This document shows positions 14,716 to 28,274 of a stretch of DNA of 64,000 bases, piece by piece. The notes under the pieces were generated by a model. That model saw only the letters and a program-made list of their open reading frames with translations. It had not been told where the DNA came from and ran no database searches. Every line of letters starts with the position of its first letter. The first letter of the stretch is position 1. The position numbers and the translations under genes were made by a program. This DNA comes from Tubiluchus corallicola (Eukaryota; Animalia; Priapulida), in contig JAQGDQ010000194.1 in assembly GCA_030141605.1 (NCBI GenBank), positions 248,001 through 312,000 on the forward strand, given 5' to 3'.

Positions 14716-14940
14716 CTTTGAACCATGATACTGAACAGCAGATAGAAAGAACACCTTGTTGGCTTGAAATGCCGATAGTTTTGCCTGTACTTAACTCTTT
14801 AGGTAAGCATATATACCCTTTTGGACAAGAATCATCTCTCAAACACATGCGAAAGCCTGTTTGTGAATCCCAGTCAGGTATAGGTAAAGACTTCCTAGAG
14901 TCGTCCCCACATATAGCAAATTGTGCAGGTAGCTTTAAAG
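14716..14940 (-). CDS. Exon 12: lustrin/WR1-like cysteine-rich repeat
   Basis: ttttctgtaaAG / GTGAGT, 225 nt, phase 1-1; ICGDD...RMCLRDDSCPKGYICLP...LSICCS; absent from the ORF track. Confidence 0.82.
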
Positions 14941-15966
14941 CTTTACAGAAAAAAAGATATCAGATCAAAATGCTCACTAAGAAATTGTATTCTATTTTTT
15001 GCAAACACTTCCAGCTCATGCAAACCGAAAAAAAGCATGCCGCTATAGGACAGCAACTGATTATCAAGGACAACCCACTGAAAGAGAAGACTAAAGACAT
15101 ATATTTGTAAAATGTATCGCAACTTTCTAGTGGTTGAATAGAGAAAATTTGACAAAAGTTCCCTGTATTTATCTTGCCTGTTTTATACAGTGCAATTAAA
15201 ATGTTTCAAAAAAACTGACAAGGCTTGCATTATGTTCCCACACTGTAAACTAGAGACTGCCACTCAAAAATAACAGAAACCCTGTTTTCAATTGAATAAT
15301 TCCACCACAGAAATTTATCAATCAAAAACAATTGTGTAATATGCTTTTTGAGTGGCAGTCTCTAATGTTTTTGTTGCTAAAATCCATGTAGCTTGTTTGC
15401 CATGATAACTTACCGTTTTATTTCGCTGAAAAGCATTTCTTGCCAATTGGGTAAATTGGTATATTGGGGTATATTGGGTAAAAATGGCAAAAATTGGGTA
15501 TATCTAGTGTATGTACACTATTACCAATGTCTACAAGCCACAGTTTGAAAAGTGCATACCGATGTCAATTTCAGCTGAATGCACATGTCAAGCAGAAGGG
15601 ATGCTTATATGGTTTTAGGCCCTGTCAAATCGTTGTATGTCAATAATTAAAACTGATAGTAATTTTAACATGGCACTGTTTGCAGGTGGCAATAATTTTA
15701 ACACTCAAAATCTGAACAAGTGTGACTAACAGTATTCAAAATAAATTCGTTTATTTTGAATATTAGTTATGCAAAAAATAATGCAAATATCCTAAGTATA
15801 CAAGAAGCTATACGAAGTGTGCATATTAGTAGAGAATTTTTCTGAAACAAATTTCATTTTTCAAAACATTAAAATTGAAGCAAATTATGCCAATTAAGAA
15901 GGCCCTCAAAAAGTACACTGTATGACAAACATATTGCGTAGAAAATATATTATAAGAAAAACCTAC

Positions 15967-16131
15967 CCAGTTTAAACAAACAATCAGCGTCACCCTTAGT
16001 TAAGCTTGGATCAATGAGCATAGCACAGGCTAACTTGCAAGGACTGGCATACGCTTTCCCATCGCTTCCACATGTAACAGCAACCATCGGAGGACAACGA
16101 CATAAAGGCAAAATCATTTTATTGGAGCGAC
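15967..16131 (-). CDS. Exon 11: Kazal domain (subtype B)
   Basis: ctgcAG / GTAGGT, 165 nt, phase 1-1; CRCPPMVAVTCGSDGKAYASPCKLACAMLIDPSLTKGDADC. Confidence 0.9.
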
Positions 16132-19100
16132 CTGCAGAACATGAATGAAAACTAAAATAAAATTAATCCAAAGGAATACTTTCCTTTTCATTTTATATTA
16201 ATCATAAATCTTCAAAATTTTTGGCACAAACGATTGACAAAAACTTGGCATAATTTTCTATTCATTATTTAATTTTATTAAAGCATATTGTATAAAGCTA
16301 AAACACTAACACAAAAAATCGAATGAAAGATAGAATACAAGAATATTACACTTTAAAATACAAATCATTTTCATAGTCACACATCTTATTCCTATCTGTA
16401 AGATTTAATAAAATTTGGAAAAGAAACAGTTAACATACAAACAAATTATACAAGAAAAGTATGCTGTTTTCTCCATTTCAGTTTTTGAAGAAATTTTCCG
16501 CAAAGTAATGGATAAAAATTTTACTTTACGTTTACACAGCAACTCAGCGAAGCACCGAAGTCAATCTGCCCCAAGCTCATTAAACGCAGGCTATTATTAG
16601 CACTCTATTTGATTCAATCAATTAGCTTTACAATTTCTGCAATGTCATAACAAAAAATAAAATTATATAAAGGAACAGGGGCATAGAAATGGAACATATG
16701 ATCATCAGGTCAGCTGCTCCTATAATAATAGCTTGTTGCAAGTTTGCTTTGTATAAGGAATTTGCAAATTGTTTTAAAAATAAACGAAAATACTGACAAA
16801 GAATTAGTAATTGCACAAAATACTAAACAAAAAGAAAACCAATACGTGCAAAAGATTAATCAAACGAACTCAGAGTCAAAATATGAATAAAGAACTTGGG
16901 CAAGAAAAACAAAGTAATAATCGAAACCAAAATAATATATAACAAAAAGGAGAACAGTATGTTACACTAATGTAAACAAAGTTCAAGCAAAAATGGAAAA
17001 CATAAATCAAACTCGGTGAACAAACAAAATAATAACTAAAGCAAAATATAACACAAGAGAAAACAATCTAATGATCTTATCACTAATATCACATCAAAAG
17101 GAAGCAAAAAAGAGTAAAATATGCCAAATTAACAAAAAAAATAATGAATAGCATTCTGAAAAATATACATCAGGATCATTCTATATTTTTTGATTAAATT
17201 AAAGTAAGATGTAGATGTTAGTTCTATATTGTGGCACCTTTACATCTTAAAGAATTTTGGCCCGTATTAGTATTGAATTTTTCAATGAGGCATGACCGAA
17301 TATATGCAAATCTGTTTGGGAACTCCAATGCAATCCAGCGCAAGGCAGACACACCAGTAGCAAGAATTGGACTTCCAGTACAAATTTCGTAATATCTTAG
17401 TACAAACTCGGAGTTATCGGAATACTTTTGCAAAATTTTGCAGACATAAATGCTCTACAGTTTTTATGTTGCACAGTTTTAGATACAAGCGATCAATTTG
17501 AAGTTAGAAGGCTTTGCAGGGAAAAATGTGAAGTTTTTTCAATTTTTTAACTAACATGTTAATTACTCCATTAGTAAAAAATCTAAACATTAAATATAGT
17601 GCTAGGAAGAAAATTTAATTCTCTTTCGAAAAATATAAGATTTGCACTACTATCTTACACAGGTAGGCCGCGACTAGGAAGGAATTGTTGGCGTGAAGGA
17701 ATGTAAATTGCTGAACACACATGAATTTGCAATAATTATTAATATTTAACATATTTTGTTTTTACTGAAATGTGCATGCGTATGCACACAATGAAAGATA
17801 TTATGTAGTACCTATTCTGCAAATCTGCACGTGAGCCGAGTCAAAAAGTGATGGTTGATTTTAGAAGCGATTTCTGGCAATTTCATTGTTTAACTAAGTT
17901 TAACCAGGCACAAGTTTTTTTTTGTGATTCCTGATCATTAATTGCTCCTAGTCACTTCAGAAATCAATCCCTATACTTTTCAAAATCACAACTATGGACT
18001 TGTTAGCAAACTGGACCAACTACCACTTACAATATTGATCTTTTTGTCTAATGTCGGTCCATACGAATACCTCAGCTTAGCTATAATGAGCGGCTTTTTA
18101 TGTTTCTTCAGCCTCTCTACATTGCCATCAATGAGTTAACTTGGTTATTATATGCCAGTGGCTTGTTTGATACTGACTACAGATGTCTTTTTTGTGTTGC
18201 CTAGTAATGCTAGGCTTTGTGGACATAATTTAAAGATCACAAAGCCTCGATGTGCATCTGTACGGACCTTGCTAGATGAGTTATAAATGTGCAAAACCCA
18301 TATGAAGTCATCAATGCTTCACCGCAGTCATCTCTGTCAGAACTCCTAATGTTTCTATAACTTTGTACTTCCTATTCATATTCAATTTGTTATTGCCACA
18401 TAGTCCATGAGCCAGACAGCTTTTTGCTGCCACCTTGAGAGTGCTATGATTTTTTTGGAAGTCTATATCTCTACAATACAGTGTCTGGTGGGTCTCCCTA
18501 TGGCACAGCTTAGTGGGACCACTCCCAAAAAGCTGTTTGCACAAATTTTTGCACGGTAAGGACGACACACACTGTTGCCATGTAAGTTATGAGAGTTTAT
18601 TTTGTCTAATCTTATAATGTTCACCATTGTGATCATTAGGATAGTAGCAAAAAAGGACACACACATTCCCCCAAAAATAACCCATTTCAAAACAACCATA
18701 AAAATATCGTACTTATTTTTCCGAGGCTATTTTGTTTTCCTTCTGTAAGTTTTAAACCCACACTGCATGCTATTCTCGACGTAGCTGTATAGAACTCCTA
18801 CACCAGTGGTTACTGAGAGTGAAGCAAAAAATAGTTGAGCAGGGAGCATTTTGTGAAGTTACACACAAAGAGCGATGCCAAGGTAGAGATATTTACGGTC
18901 AAATAAAATGTTATCTATTTTCACTACATTCCAAATTACGTTACTTAGAGGTAACAGCGCTATGCAGATGACTGCAGATGATGGTTACTAGTACACAGTG
19001 TAATTTTTTTGTCCTAAAATGGTCCATTATTCCTGAAGTAAGTTTCTGAAAATCCCCTTAAAATACATTTTACAGCAATTTTGAGCATAGACTCAAATCT

Positions 19101-19869
19101 CGGTTTACCGGACCAAAAAATCGGACAAAATTTGGACCATAAAAAAGTCGCGCATACTATGTACACAGTCTGGTGTTTCGCGATCTAACGGCTAGTTGGT
19201 GGGCTATCACTTTGTTTACATCATTACATCAGTGCAACCAAGTAGCGATGACTTGTGGCCCGTACTAGATGTTTTTGTATTCTAAATTACTGTGAGCGTA
19301 ATACACGGCACCTACTGTTTTAGCCTAATATCGATAAATATAGGGCAATCTGCTGATTTGGCAGACTAAGATATGATTGTATCGTACTAGTGTTGAGTTG
19401 GTTCTCATTTTAACACTCCAAAAATTATCCCAAAAAACTTTCCATGCAAAGTTATATTACTTAGCATTTCGCTAACCTGATTGAGAGACTTAGTTAAATA
19501 GAAAATAAATTCATTAATTATTTCAAATGGCAAAATGGCAAAATGTTATTGAATAACTCCCAGGTGCACCACTCACTTATCAAAAAAAAAACATTTCTAA
19601 TCTAATTGAGAAAATACAGCTTAGTGTTATCTAAACTTGTTTCAAATGACCTGCCGTCACAGGGGTTTAAATTTAAAGGTTTTATACAATTTTACTGGCA
19701 ATGCAAGACCTGTATGCAAAAGAACATGATGCAAGTGGTATAAAATTTCCAGACGAATTTTTTAGGCTTTATTTTTCATAAAGGAAGTGCACTTAAAAAT
19801 CGTTTCATTTTATGCAGTGAGTAATAATTGTTACATTTGACATTACATTGAGGTCAAAACCTCAAGAGT

Positions 19870-20440
19870 CTACCCATGTGCAGATGGTGCAAGCTAGTTG
19901 AATATCTTTATCCAAATCGTTTTTGTTTACCAGGTGGTTTTTTTTGGAAGGTTTCAAGGCGTTCTTTAAGGTGACTCTTGCTGGTGCTTCATTTGGTAAT
20001 CTTAAAAGATGTCCTAGCCATCTTTGGATCTTGACTTTTGAACTCCAAGAAATTTCTTTTCTGCATGTGTATATAAAGCTACCTTTTTCATTATGTATAC
20101 CAATCTTACCTTTAAAACTTCCCTGAAATGAATTCTATGAAATGTGTCAATCTCATTTCTTAAGTAATCACTAAACTCCAAATTTCGCTGTTGTACATAA
20201 ATATGCCGATAATGTAAGCATTAAATAATCGAAGACTTATGCTAAGACTTAATTTCTTGCTAGTTAATACGTTCTTTTGCTGAAGAAAAGCATGCATTGC
20301 TTGCTGCTTTTTACTTTTACTATCATCTACGGTGTTTAGAAAAGTGTCCATGTATTTGCACTTTTTTCAGGACTGATTTACTTGGAGATTTGTTTCATTA
20401 GTTTTTTAGAAAATCCTTTCCTTTAGTTCTTTATATCGTG
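19870..20440 (-). mobile_element. RTE-like LINE RT C-terminal fragment
   Basis: KKLSLSISLRLFNAYIIGIFMYNSEIW is typical of the RT thumb/C-terminal region; degraded. Confidence 0.6.
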
Positions 20441-21674
20441 TTATAGTATAGTATATTCTCCCGGCACTCAGATGAATTATCTCACCTAAAATAATTTAAC
20501 TGTCATTTGTGTCAAATATAAGAGCTTGCATTTCAATTCCTGATAAGCTTTTCTGAGCTGACCTTGATCCCATTATACTATACCAAGTCTGCGTTTCGGG
20601 ACTGTTCAGGACTGACTGATTTTATATTCTGTGAATACACACCCAGGTGCAACAAAAATCACCCTGCATGCTGCTAATAGCCTGCGCTAATCAGCGAAAC
20701 AGAGCAGACAACGTTAAATGGCAGGTGACCAGTACAAGCGCAAGGCAAAATTTTTATTCATTAGCTTTCAAAATAACTTGTTCAGATAATGAAAACAAAA
20801 GACACAAGAGAATTTATTTTGTTTGTATATGATTTACGTGCATGTTATTTGTTTTTTTCGAATTTCAATGAGTTTAGAGGGTGGAAAGTTTAGCAAATAA
20901 GGCTTAGCTTTCACCCATCACAGATAATGGGTAGATGTATGTACCCGTCAGAAAGGAGTTAAAAAATTAAAGACCTTTGGTTTCCAATAATACTGCTCCT
21001 CCAGCACAGATGTTTTTCCCTTTACAAATTTTAGGTCCACGGCAACATTTTCTACCAGGGAGACAGTCTGCCTCAGAAATGCAGAACTCCATAAATGGGC
21101 AAAAAGGAAGTCGATCAAGCCATTCTCCGTCAACTTTAGGACATGGAATATGGTCTATAACAAAAAAGTTTCTATTACATGAATTTTAAAATTTGTAATT
21201 AAGCAGCATAACTACAGCAAAGTGAATTGGAAAAATCGTAAATAATTCAAATTGTTATTAACAGTTCAATCATCCTGACTTGATCGAGCAGAAAAATTTT
21301 AGATGAAGAAGGCTATTAACCTCATTGAGCTGCATCTTAACAGCTACTCTTCCTATCTTTCCGAACATTCTTTTACATGTCACTTCTATCTTTGTTTTGC
21401 ACAGTTTTTTTTAAATTGGCTTACACCCTCACTTTTTGTCAGTTTTCGAGCGGTTGTTGTCTGAACCAAATAATATAAGAAAACACCAAAAAACGTTTTC
21501 TTGCAGTTTTTAGAAGTAGGAATATTTTTTCCATTATATCGACCCGACTACTTACATTATCTAAAAAAATGATGCTAAACAAAAGAATAATTCAAGGTAG
21601 TGTAACAATAAACAACTGCATAACATCACTAATGTTAAAAGCATGAAAGATAATGCTATAAGACAAATATTTAC

Positions 21675-21771
21675 CTTTCTTTTCACAAATTGCAAGCATT
21701 GGACAGAAGTCGTTAGCACAGTCAACTGGTACAGTCCTGCATATTTCTCCAATGGAACAAAGTATGCCATT
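21675..21771 (-). CDS. Exon 10: small Cys-rich (follistatin-N-like) unit
   Basis: catatAG / GTAAAT, 97 nt, phase 0-1; NGILCSIGEICRTVPVDCANDFCPMLAICEKK; paralogous to exon 58429-58522. Confidence 0.85.
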
Positions 21772-21956
21772 CTATATGAATGAAAAACAATAAATTAAAA
21801 AATACACCAAAAACACCAGCTGTAAAAGATAATGTAATATATTGCATTGCACTGTATATGTTATAAATGTAAATTCTAATTACAATTTACTATGGTCATG
21901 TTAAAAATTACCAAAACAATTCACAAACATCATAAAAAGTGGTTGAAAAACTTTAC

Positions 21957-22075
21957 CTTACACGGAGATGAGGCACATTTACAAAGTGGACATCCAGACA
22001 CTCTATCTTTCACATAACCATGGTCACATTTGCGATCACAATCCTTTAGATCAAAATCACATTTTGATGCAACTT
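21957..22075 (-). CDS. Exon 9: antistasin-like domain
   Basis: taatAG / GTAAAG, 119 nt, phase 1-0; CDFDLKDCDRKCDHGYVKDRVSGCPLCKCASSPCK. Confidence 0.9.
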
Positions 22076-22720
22076 CTATTACCAGAATAAAAATGTGATT
22101 ATTTTAAACTGCCATTATTTTCCTCTCCAAACAAAATAGCCAAAGAGATACACTAAAGTACAGCCTAAGCACATTTTGAATGTCTACACTCAGTATGTAC
22201 CACACATAAAGAGGTTTGTTTCACCGTGACGATGATGCTGTTATTGTTGTTATTCTTCATGCAATAAGTTTTTACCAGTTTTAATACTGTGACATTACAG
22301 TAGAGTTATTTACATTGTGCAGACCCTGACACACAGTATATGCCTCAGCATGTGAAATTTAAATGTATAGCAAAAATTCAATAACAGTAATATAATTTAA
22401 ACTCAGATGTCGTTTATCAAAAGCTTTCCTGCTACTGAGTGTCATATCACGAATTTAACTCAAACATGTAAGAAGCTCAAACTTTGGACCTTCCTTAGCA
22501 AAAATATTTGTGGAAAAATTATTATGACAATTGAGGTCAGTCCCCGCCCCCATCCTATGTGCTGCGTTCCAACTCATTTTTTTAGCGGTGGCCAACAGGG
22601 TAGATGGACTTTGGACATCAGGCTTAGACTTAGACATAGACCCATTATTCTATGTTCTTACAAAAAATGGGTTTTACAATAATAACAGTGTTACATGATA
22701 CATTCACGTATATCAGCTAC

Positions 22721-22804
22721 AGTAGGGTGTATGTTCCATCTTTGGGTGATTTAATCACCTTTAATTGCCCAATCATGTCCCCCGCGCTGTGAAATGCATT
22801 GGTC
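22721..22804 (+). repeat. Left terminal inverted repeat of the Polinton-like element
   Basis: 84 bp; 6 mismatches (by eye) to the reverse complement of 33673-33756. Confidence 0.95.
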
Positions 22805-23663
22805 CAGAGTTGAGGCATTTCCCCTGTATTTTGGGTAATTGAGAGTAATTTGGGAATTAAATGGACAGTGTGGATTATTCGTGTGGGGGATGTGAAGGAT
22901 TAGGAGCCTAGCACAAGAGTGGTTAGGTACCTGCCCGGGGGTTGCGTACCCCAAATTGGGACCAATCACCCCTTTGTTGTGCAAAAATGCAACACATCGT
23001 TGATGCATAATTGCGGATTAGTAGTTGGGATAATTACTGTTTGCATGGCCCTCTAAACATGCGGAAGGGTATAATTGGGTAGTTAATGCGGCGTACTGGT
23101 GCATCTTTGCTCAACGAAGAGAGAGAGCATTGATCATATAATTATTCAACAATCGCCTCTGGGCTTATGCAGGTAGCTGCCTGTGTGTGTGTTTCTAAAA
23201 GTGAAAGTGAAATACTGTACCTAAATCATCCGCATTTCTAAACCTGTGTGCATGTGCGTGCAACCTGTCAATCAACCAGTTTGAAAGAGACTAGATACCA
23301 GAAATTGTATTTACACAAATTTTATTTATTGAAGCACCTACAATTTTATTTAGTGAAGAATCTACATACATACATTTTAACGTTACAACAATTATTAAAA
23401 ACTAGATTGATACAGATTTAATTTGATTAAAATTAACTTTATCTAGATTTTTTCCTTTTTTAAATTTTATCTTTTATCCAGACTAGATGACAAAAAAAAG
23501 AAAAGTTGCATTTACACAAATGCTTTTACAGATTTAAATAGATGAAAACTACATTTATCTAGATTTTTACTTTTTTAATTTTATGAGGTCAAAGAAAAGA
23601 AAAATTGCATCTACACTGAGTTTTTTACAAATTATGCACATTTAAACTAACAGAGACCCCTTA

Positions 23664-24110
23664 CTAACAGACTAAATAATGAGACACGAATGACATTACT
23701 TTTTTGGGAAATTCCATTTTTTTATCTTTCAAGGTGGTTCCATCATGGGGTGGTTTCGACATGGGTGGCGGAGGCATGGATGCTGCTGCTGCTGGTGGTG
23801 GTACTGCTGTAGGAGGCACCATCTGTTCATCATTATCATCCTCCACTAGCATGCGAACGTCAAAATCATCAAGATTATCGTCACCATCATTGCCAATGCC
23901 ATCATCGTGATTATCATCATCACCATCATCATCCCAAACCTCTATGCGACAATGGCAGGAACGACCTGTTTCCTGCTGATCACACGATGCAGCCTCTAAA
24001 TGGTGCTGTTCAAATCCCATAGTATGCTCTCCTCCTCTTCTCTTTCGAGTATATTGGCTACTGATTAATTTCCTGATTAACGTGCTCACCCATGAACTTT
24101 TGAAATTCAT
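23664..24110 (-). CDS. Element-borne hypothetical ORF, acidic and Pro-rich
   Basis: 148-aa ORF with Asp run and PPP tracts; AATAAA signals downstream on the minus strand (~23320); low complexity. Confidence 0.4.
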   Translation of the reverse strand: MNFKSSWVSTLIRKLISSQYTRKRRGGEHTMGFEQHHLEAASCDQQETGRSCHCRIEVWDDDGDDDNHDDGIGNDGDDNLDDFDVRMLVEDDNDEQMVPPTAVPPPAAAASMPPPPMSKPPHDGTTLKDKKMEFPKKVMSFVSHYLVC

Positions 24111-24226
24111 ATGGCTCCAGATAGATGCATCGCAATTAAAACCGCAGGATGGATTGAATTAGTACATTATGATAGAGTCTTTCACTGATAGACTCACGTC
24201 AAAAGTAGTCGTGATGCCAGACAATT

Positions 24227-24817
24227 CTAGGTCACGCTCGTCATAATGAAGGGCAGTGTATCAGTCATTATGGTAGAGTGTCTTCTCTGCCTGGGGCTGG
24301 ATAGCAATTTTCTATGGTGTTCCTGTCTTCCAATGAAATAATTGATGCAATCTTTCTTGAAGAAGAATTGCTCATATTTGTAAGGCATGAGTCTGACTTC
24401 TGGTAAAGAAGGAAAGGTTGTGTGAGCAACCACTCGTTTTTTACCAATGCAAATTTTAGTATGCAAAATTCCACCTACTGAAATATAATTGCCTCTCCCC
24501 ATGTGAATCATGAATGCTGTTTCGAACGGTGCAGATTTTGGACACTGCCCCCGTGTTTCGCTTGACATTCCCAAATGCTGCGATAAATCCTCCAATTTGC
24601 AAAGAGCAAATCGGACTTTCTGATCGATGATTGAATTGAAGATTTGCGTGGTAGTTTGAAAAAATTTATCGCGCTTCTGGAAGAGAATGCATGCATTGCC
24701 TCCCAAACAATCGCAGTTCACGTGAACCGTGAACCGGTTAGTCAATTGCCAATGAGAAAGTGCCAGAAATCTCTCATTCAGGGTACACGCATGTAATTCG
24801 CCAAACAGAGACGCCAT
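24227..24817 (-). CDS. Element-borne PC4-like (ssDNA-binding/coactivator fold) protein
   Basis: IHMGRGNYISVGG..KICIGK...FPSLPEVRLMPYKYEQF aligns by eye with the PC4 pattern IGKMRYVSV...IDIR...KPGRKGISLNPEQWSQL; a weaker N-terminal copy is possible. Confidence 0.5.
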   Translation of the reverse strand: MASLFGELHACTLNERFLALSHWQLTNRFTVHVNCDCLGGNACILFQKRDKFFQTTTQIFNSIIDQKVRFALCKLEDLSQHLGMSSETRGQCPKSAPFETAFMIHMGRGNYISVGGILHTKICIGKKRVVAHTTFPSLPEVRLMPYKYEQFFFKKDCINYFIGRQEHHRKLLSSPRQRRHSTIMTDTLPFIMTSVT

Positions 24818-26718
24818 TATATCTTTTTACAAGTGACCCATTCTAGTACCGTCAGACTGAATTCAGTACCCATTAAAACCCCCACTATGAGTACGCCATC
24901 ATCATCGCTGCTACTCACGTTGGCACTGCCCCTCGAAAGATCTGAAAAAATAACATTAATTTAAAAAATGCTTATATATATTCGTTGAAAAAAATAATAC
25001 ATATCACAAAAAAGAAACAAAGTTGTGTACAGTTAAACTCACCTCATGCTCATCCGAATTATGCCTACGTCGCACCCAAACTGTCAGATTTTCGCTATTG
25101 TAAACCTGTGTGTTTGGAACAAAACCAAATCAATTGCTGCTGGCTAAACTAGTGGTGACTGTGGTCATAGTATTGGAAGACATGATGCTGGTCTCGATGC
25201 GAGTGATTTTACATTCATCATCGTGGCTCTTTTATAAAAACAAATGTCCCCAGATAATTACAATTAGAAGGGCTTTTTTGGTACAAGTTGATGATGATGA
25301 TGCTTAATCTCATTAGCATCTGAACATTACCAAGATTCTTGCAAAGAAAATTGAATAGTTTTCTTCAAGCAGATGAAAATGAAAAAAGCTGATTAAATTT
25401 TTATCATAATTCGAGGGCACGGCAGATTTTTTCTAAATCCTATAATAATGCTCTTCAATCAGCATGCATCACAGAACAGACTAGCCTCTGTCTTTAAATC
25501 TACCCCCCCCCACACACACACACAGATGAAAAGTCATTTATTTGTGTATCCATAGCCCTGCAGGTGAATAATTAGCATTATTCAGAAACCCATTGTATTT
25601 GTTTTCCAGCATATGCTAAAATGAGATTAACTGCTATCATCGGCATCTGTCTGTGCCATCCTTGCAGGAAACGTTTCATTCATGTCTATAAACTGGAAAA
25701 CAGGCTGAGAAAATCATTTCCACTTCTGTGGCTCTAGAGTGCTAGAGAGTACACAGAGTGCTAGATAGTTAATTGTGCTTCAATCTCGTGTGAGTGTAAT
25801 TTTTCATTTTTCACTCGAGTAAATGCAACTATGTACATTGTTTGGTTAAGTACTTTAAGAAAATATGTGCGCTTTATTTTCTCTCTTAGATTGTCAAAGA
25901 AATTTTGTCTATTTTTAGATTGCCAATTTCTTTGACAGTTTTAGGAGGTAAAATATACAGAAGTCTGTTATTTTATTGTGAATTTCTTTGACAGTTTTAG
26001 GAGAAAACCGAAGAGTTCGGTGGAAGTTTTGCGGAAAATTACGCCCTAAATTTCGGTTAAGTGTAATTTTTTGATTATTTAATAGTGTGAATTGTACTCT
26101 CTTCATTGTAAATGTGTGCACTTGATTCTCTCTCTCGCCATTGTACTGTGCACATTATTCTCTCTCACTCTCTCTCTCTCTATTGTATTCTCTACACTGT
26201 GAATGTGTGCACTTTATTCTCTCTCTCAAATTGTTGCACTTAAAATTTCTTTAGTCTGTTTTAGGTAAAGAATACGAAGGGATTGGCGAAATTTTTGCGA
26301 GAAATTACGCCCTAAAATTCGAGTAAGTGCAACTTTTTCATTCTTTGATGGTGTGAATTGAACTCTCTACACTGTGGCATCTTCTCTCTCTCCTAGATTG
26401 CCAAAGAAATTTTGTCTGTTTTAGAAGATAAAAGTTTGTTGGAACATTTATGCGAATTTGCCAAATAACATTTGGTGTAAGTGTAACTTTTTCATTTTTT
26501 CATTGGTGCAAATGGAACTCTCCTTGTTTGGTGAATATACAAATTTCCCAATTGTAAATTGAGACTACTTTGTTTTAGGAGAAGAAAAATCATCAGTGTG
26601 GCATCAACGACGGCGACAGCGACAACGGTAGTGACAGCAACGATGACAATGACAGCGACGACACCTCAACTTTCTACAGCAGCTGTGTGGACGCTACCTT
26701 TGAGGAAAATAGCTGCCC

Positions 26719-26773
26719 ATGCCAGGTGTGTATTCTAAGAATAAATAAAGAATGCTTTACATATTGTTTGTGT

Positions 26774-26833
<60 letters not shown>

Positions 26834-27848
26834 ATGTTTTTCTTTAAAGGTTTGTATAAAATAAGGGAACACTCTCCAACTCACGTGATGTCAGCACCGT
26901 CACCAATATCAGCACCAGCACCAACACCGCCACCACCACCAGCATCATTACCATCAACAACAGTACCACCAACACCACCATCGTCATCCCCAACAACAGC
27001 AGCACTAGCAGCAGCAGCAACAGCAGTAGCAACAGTGATGAATGTATCGCCCATGCAACCTTCCACTAGCACGGATGAGACTCGTTCCACTTCAAATCGA
27101 CAAATTTGCCCACCCAATACGCCATCATCATTCATCCATCAAGAAAGGTTAGTAAAAAAATCTATCATTAATGTTGTGAAATGCATGTGTGTGCACGTTC
27201 CCCTGTTTACAGATGATTCGTGCTAAAACATGCTTTTTTCTCTTTTCAGTGGACACGAATTCCGTCTAGTGGACAGATGTCATAATGGCCCATTGTACAT
27301 TTGGAGGTGTCAGATTTCAGGTATAGATACAGAATGGATTTTGGATGATATTTCCAATGCCATTGAAATGTTAGGGTATGATAAGCGACGATTTTCGTCA
27401 CAACAAAAACCTCGCAAAAGGTGTTGATAGACAGGTAATTGCGACCCAGGGAAAAACTCACGAAGAGTTTTTGCAAGCATTTTCCGAACAATTGGAAATG
27501 GTGCACAAAAGCATCCGTTTAACCTCCATACGACACCACCTCTTCACTAGTCGTGCTCTCAAAAGATCACTATCTTTTTCTGGTGACAAAATATGCTGGC
27601 TATCAAAAAATTCCTCTCTACCTTATGGTCATTATTTGTTAGATCAAAGAAAACCTATTGTTTCTGCTATCACCCCTCCAGTCAGAACCCAACCTTTCTA
27701 TGGATCCGCTAACGCTGTAGAGAGACCAATATTTGTTGCCAATATCGGTGATGACGACAATGACGATGATGTTGTTGATGATGATGGCAATGACGATAAT
27801 GGTAAAATCACCATTGATGATGATCATGATGATGTCATTGTTTGGTGA
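26719..27848 (+). pseudogene. Element-borne spliced hypothetical gene (Pro/Thr/Ala-rich N-terminus, Asp-rich tail)
   Basis: ATG 26719; GT-AG introns 26726-26849 and 27148-27249 keep the frame (MPG|LYKIREH...QES|GHEFRLVD); frameshift near 27400. Confidence 0.55.
26778..26831. repeat. (TG)n microsatellite
   Basis: Direct observation; lies in a predicted intron. Confidence 0.97.
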
Positions 27849-28231
27849 TATTGGCGACAAATATGATAGGTCCAACATGTCTAAATATTGTATTTATTTT
27901 CTTTTTTTTACAGACAGACAGATGATGGTGTTCGTAAATATGTAAATATTGTATTTTACAAAGTGTAAAAATTTCCCTATAATTATTGTGAATAAAAAAT
28001 ATACACCCACCTCTCTTACTAATTTCTCCACTATTTCCCTCTATAACAGAAAATAATTTGTCACATGTGCCACATTTGTGTGAATCCCTATGACATTGAT
28101 CTGCACCCACCTTCCAGGATCACACGAAATATAGGTCGTAATTTCTCGCATTCTCCCTATAATTTGTCACATATGCTACATTTATGTGAATCCTTATATC
28201 ATTGTGATCTGGTCCACCCTCCAGGACCACA

Positions 28232-28233
<2 letters not shown>

Positions 28234-28271
<38 letters not shown>
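28234..28271. repeat. (TA)n microsatellite
   Basis: Direct observation. Confidence 0.97.

Positions 28272-28274
<3 letters not shown>

Noticed and set aside
17230-19572. Possible DNA transposon bounded by GTGG..CACC ends
   Set aside because: Terminal similarity is too short, with no TSD or transposase motif
26844-27135. Hydrophobic and Gly-rich minus-strand ORFs
   Set aside because: Antisense shadows of the Pro/Thr/Ala-rich plus-strand exon
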